From Thermodesulfobacteriota bacterium (GTDB lineage Bacteria > Desulfobacterota_D > UBA1144 > Nemesobacterales > Nemesobacteraceae): DNA of 64,000 bases. The DNA lies in contig OZ253668.1 in the NCBI GenBank assembly GCA_965263275.1, positions 705,220 to 769,219 of the forward strand, read 5' to 3'. The notes under the pieces were generated by a model. The model had not been told where the DNA came from. It searched no databases and worked only from the letters and a program-made list of their open reading frames with translations. Each line of letters opens with the position of its first letter. Position 1 is the first letter of the stretch. Shown in pieces: positions 63,558-64,000 of this stretch. A program made the translations under genes and the position numbers.

Positions 63558-63701
63558 TCTTCTTGCACTTTCCAGTGCCTCATCGCCGCTCACATCACTT
63601 CTCAACCATGAAAATCAAAGTTGTGCTTTGGATTTTCCTGCACAAGGATACGCCCCTTGGCCTTAAGGTATCCGTACTCGCACGAATGCCGAATGTCCTC
63701 T

Positions 63702-64000
63702 CTACCGTATCCGCTTTAGCGCTGTTCGGGTAAAGTCGTTGGTGTCCATGTCGGTCCCGAACTTGTAGTCTGACCACAGCAGCACGGTACTCTTGCCCGT
63801 CAGCAGGTTTGTCATCGTTATCTTGCTGCTCCGCCAAAATCGATCAAGGTATTTTGCATAGCCCTCCACGACCATCGTCTTGATGTGCTCATCCCTGCGG
63901 TCGAAGTATTGGGTCTGAATTGTTCGAAGTTCCTCCTGGTCGAGCCAAACCAGTTGGCGGGAGTACCCGGAATCCTGGCTTTTCGGGATACGCTCCAGAA
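63702..64000 (-). CDS. Outer-membrane lipoprotein-sorting (LolA-like) protein, 3' end only
   Basis: Manual translation LERIPKSQDSGYSRQLVWLD...YFDRR...MTNLLTGKSTVL...DFTRTALKRIR*; absent from the ORF track because it has no start in the window. Confidence 0.75.
   Translation of the reverse strand, partial: LERIPKSQDSGYSRQLVWLDQEELRTIQTQYFDRRDEHIKTMVVEGYAKYLDRFWRSSKITMTNLLTGKSTVLLWSDYKFGTDMDTNDFTRTALKRIR

Overview
Bacterial chromosomal window. The housekeeping genes (aspS, sucAB, recG, topA, eno, leuCD, rpoN-hpf-ptsN-hprK-rapZ, glnS, thl-crt-hbd-bcd) look Desulfobacterota/Dadabacteria-like, but that is only my impression. The left 11 kb holds an AT-richer type I-F CRISPR-Cas locus (14 repeats visible, array cut by the window edge), an IS1380-family element and a decayed MNT-HEPN pair. 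The strongest unusual signal is at 25463-26771. There a catalytically intact tnpB sits alone inside 24-bp terminal inverted repeats with an 8-bp target-site duplication, an IS1595-like DDE-type envelope rather than IS200/IS605/IS607 ends. This element inserted at codons 2-4 of a UDP-sugar epimerase gene and appears to supply a new in-frame start from its own end. A second candidate is a degenerate single-spacer CRISPR-like unit between cas2-3 and cas8f, whose short spacer matches DNA next to the predicted cas8f promoter. All calls come from reading the sequence and recalled family motifs; no database searches were run.
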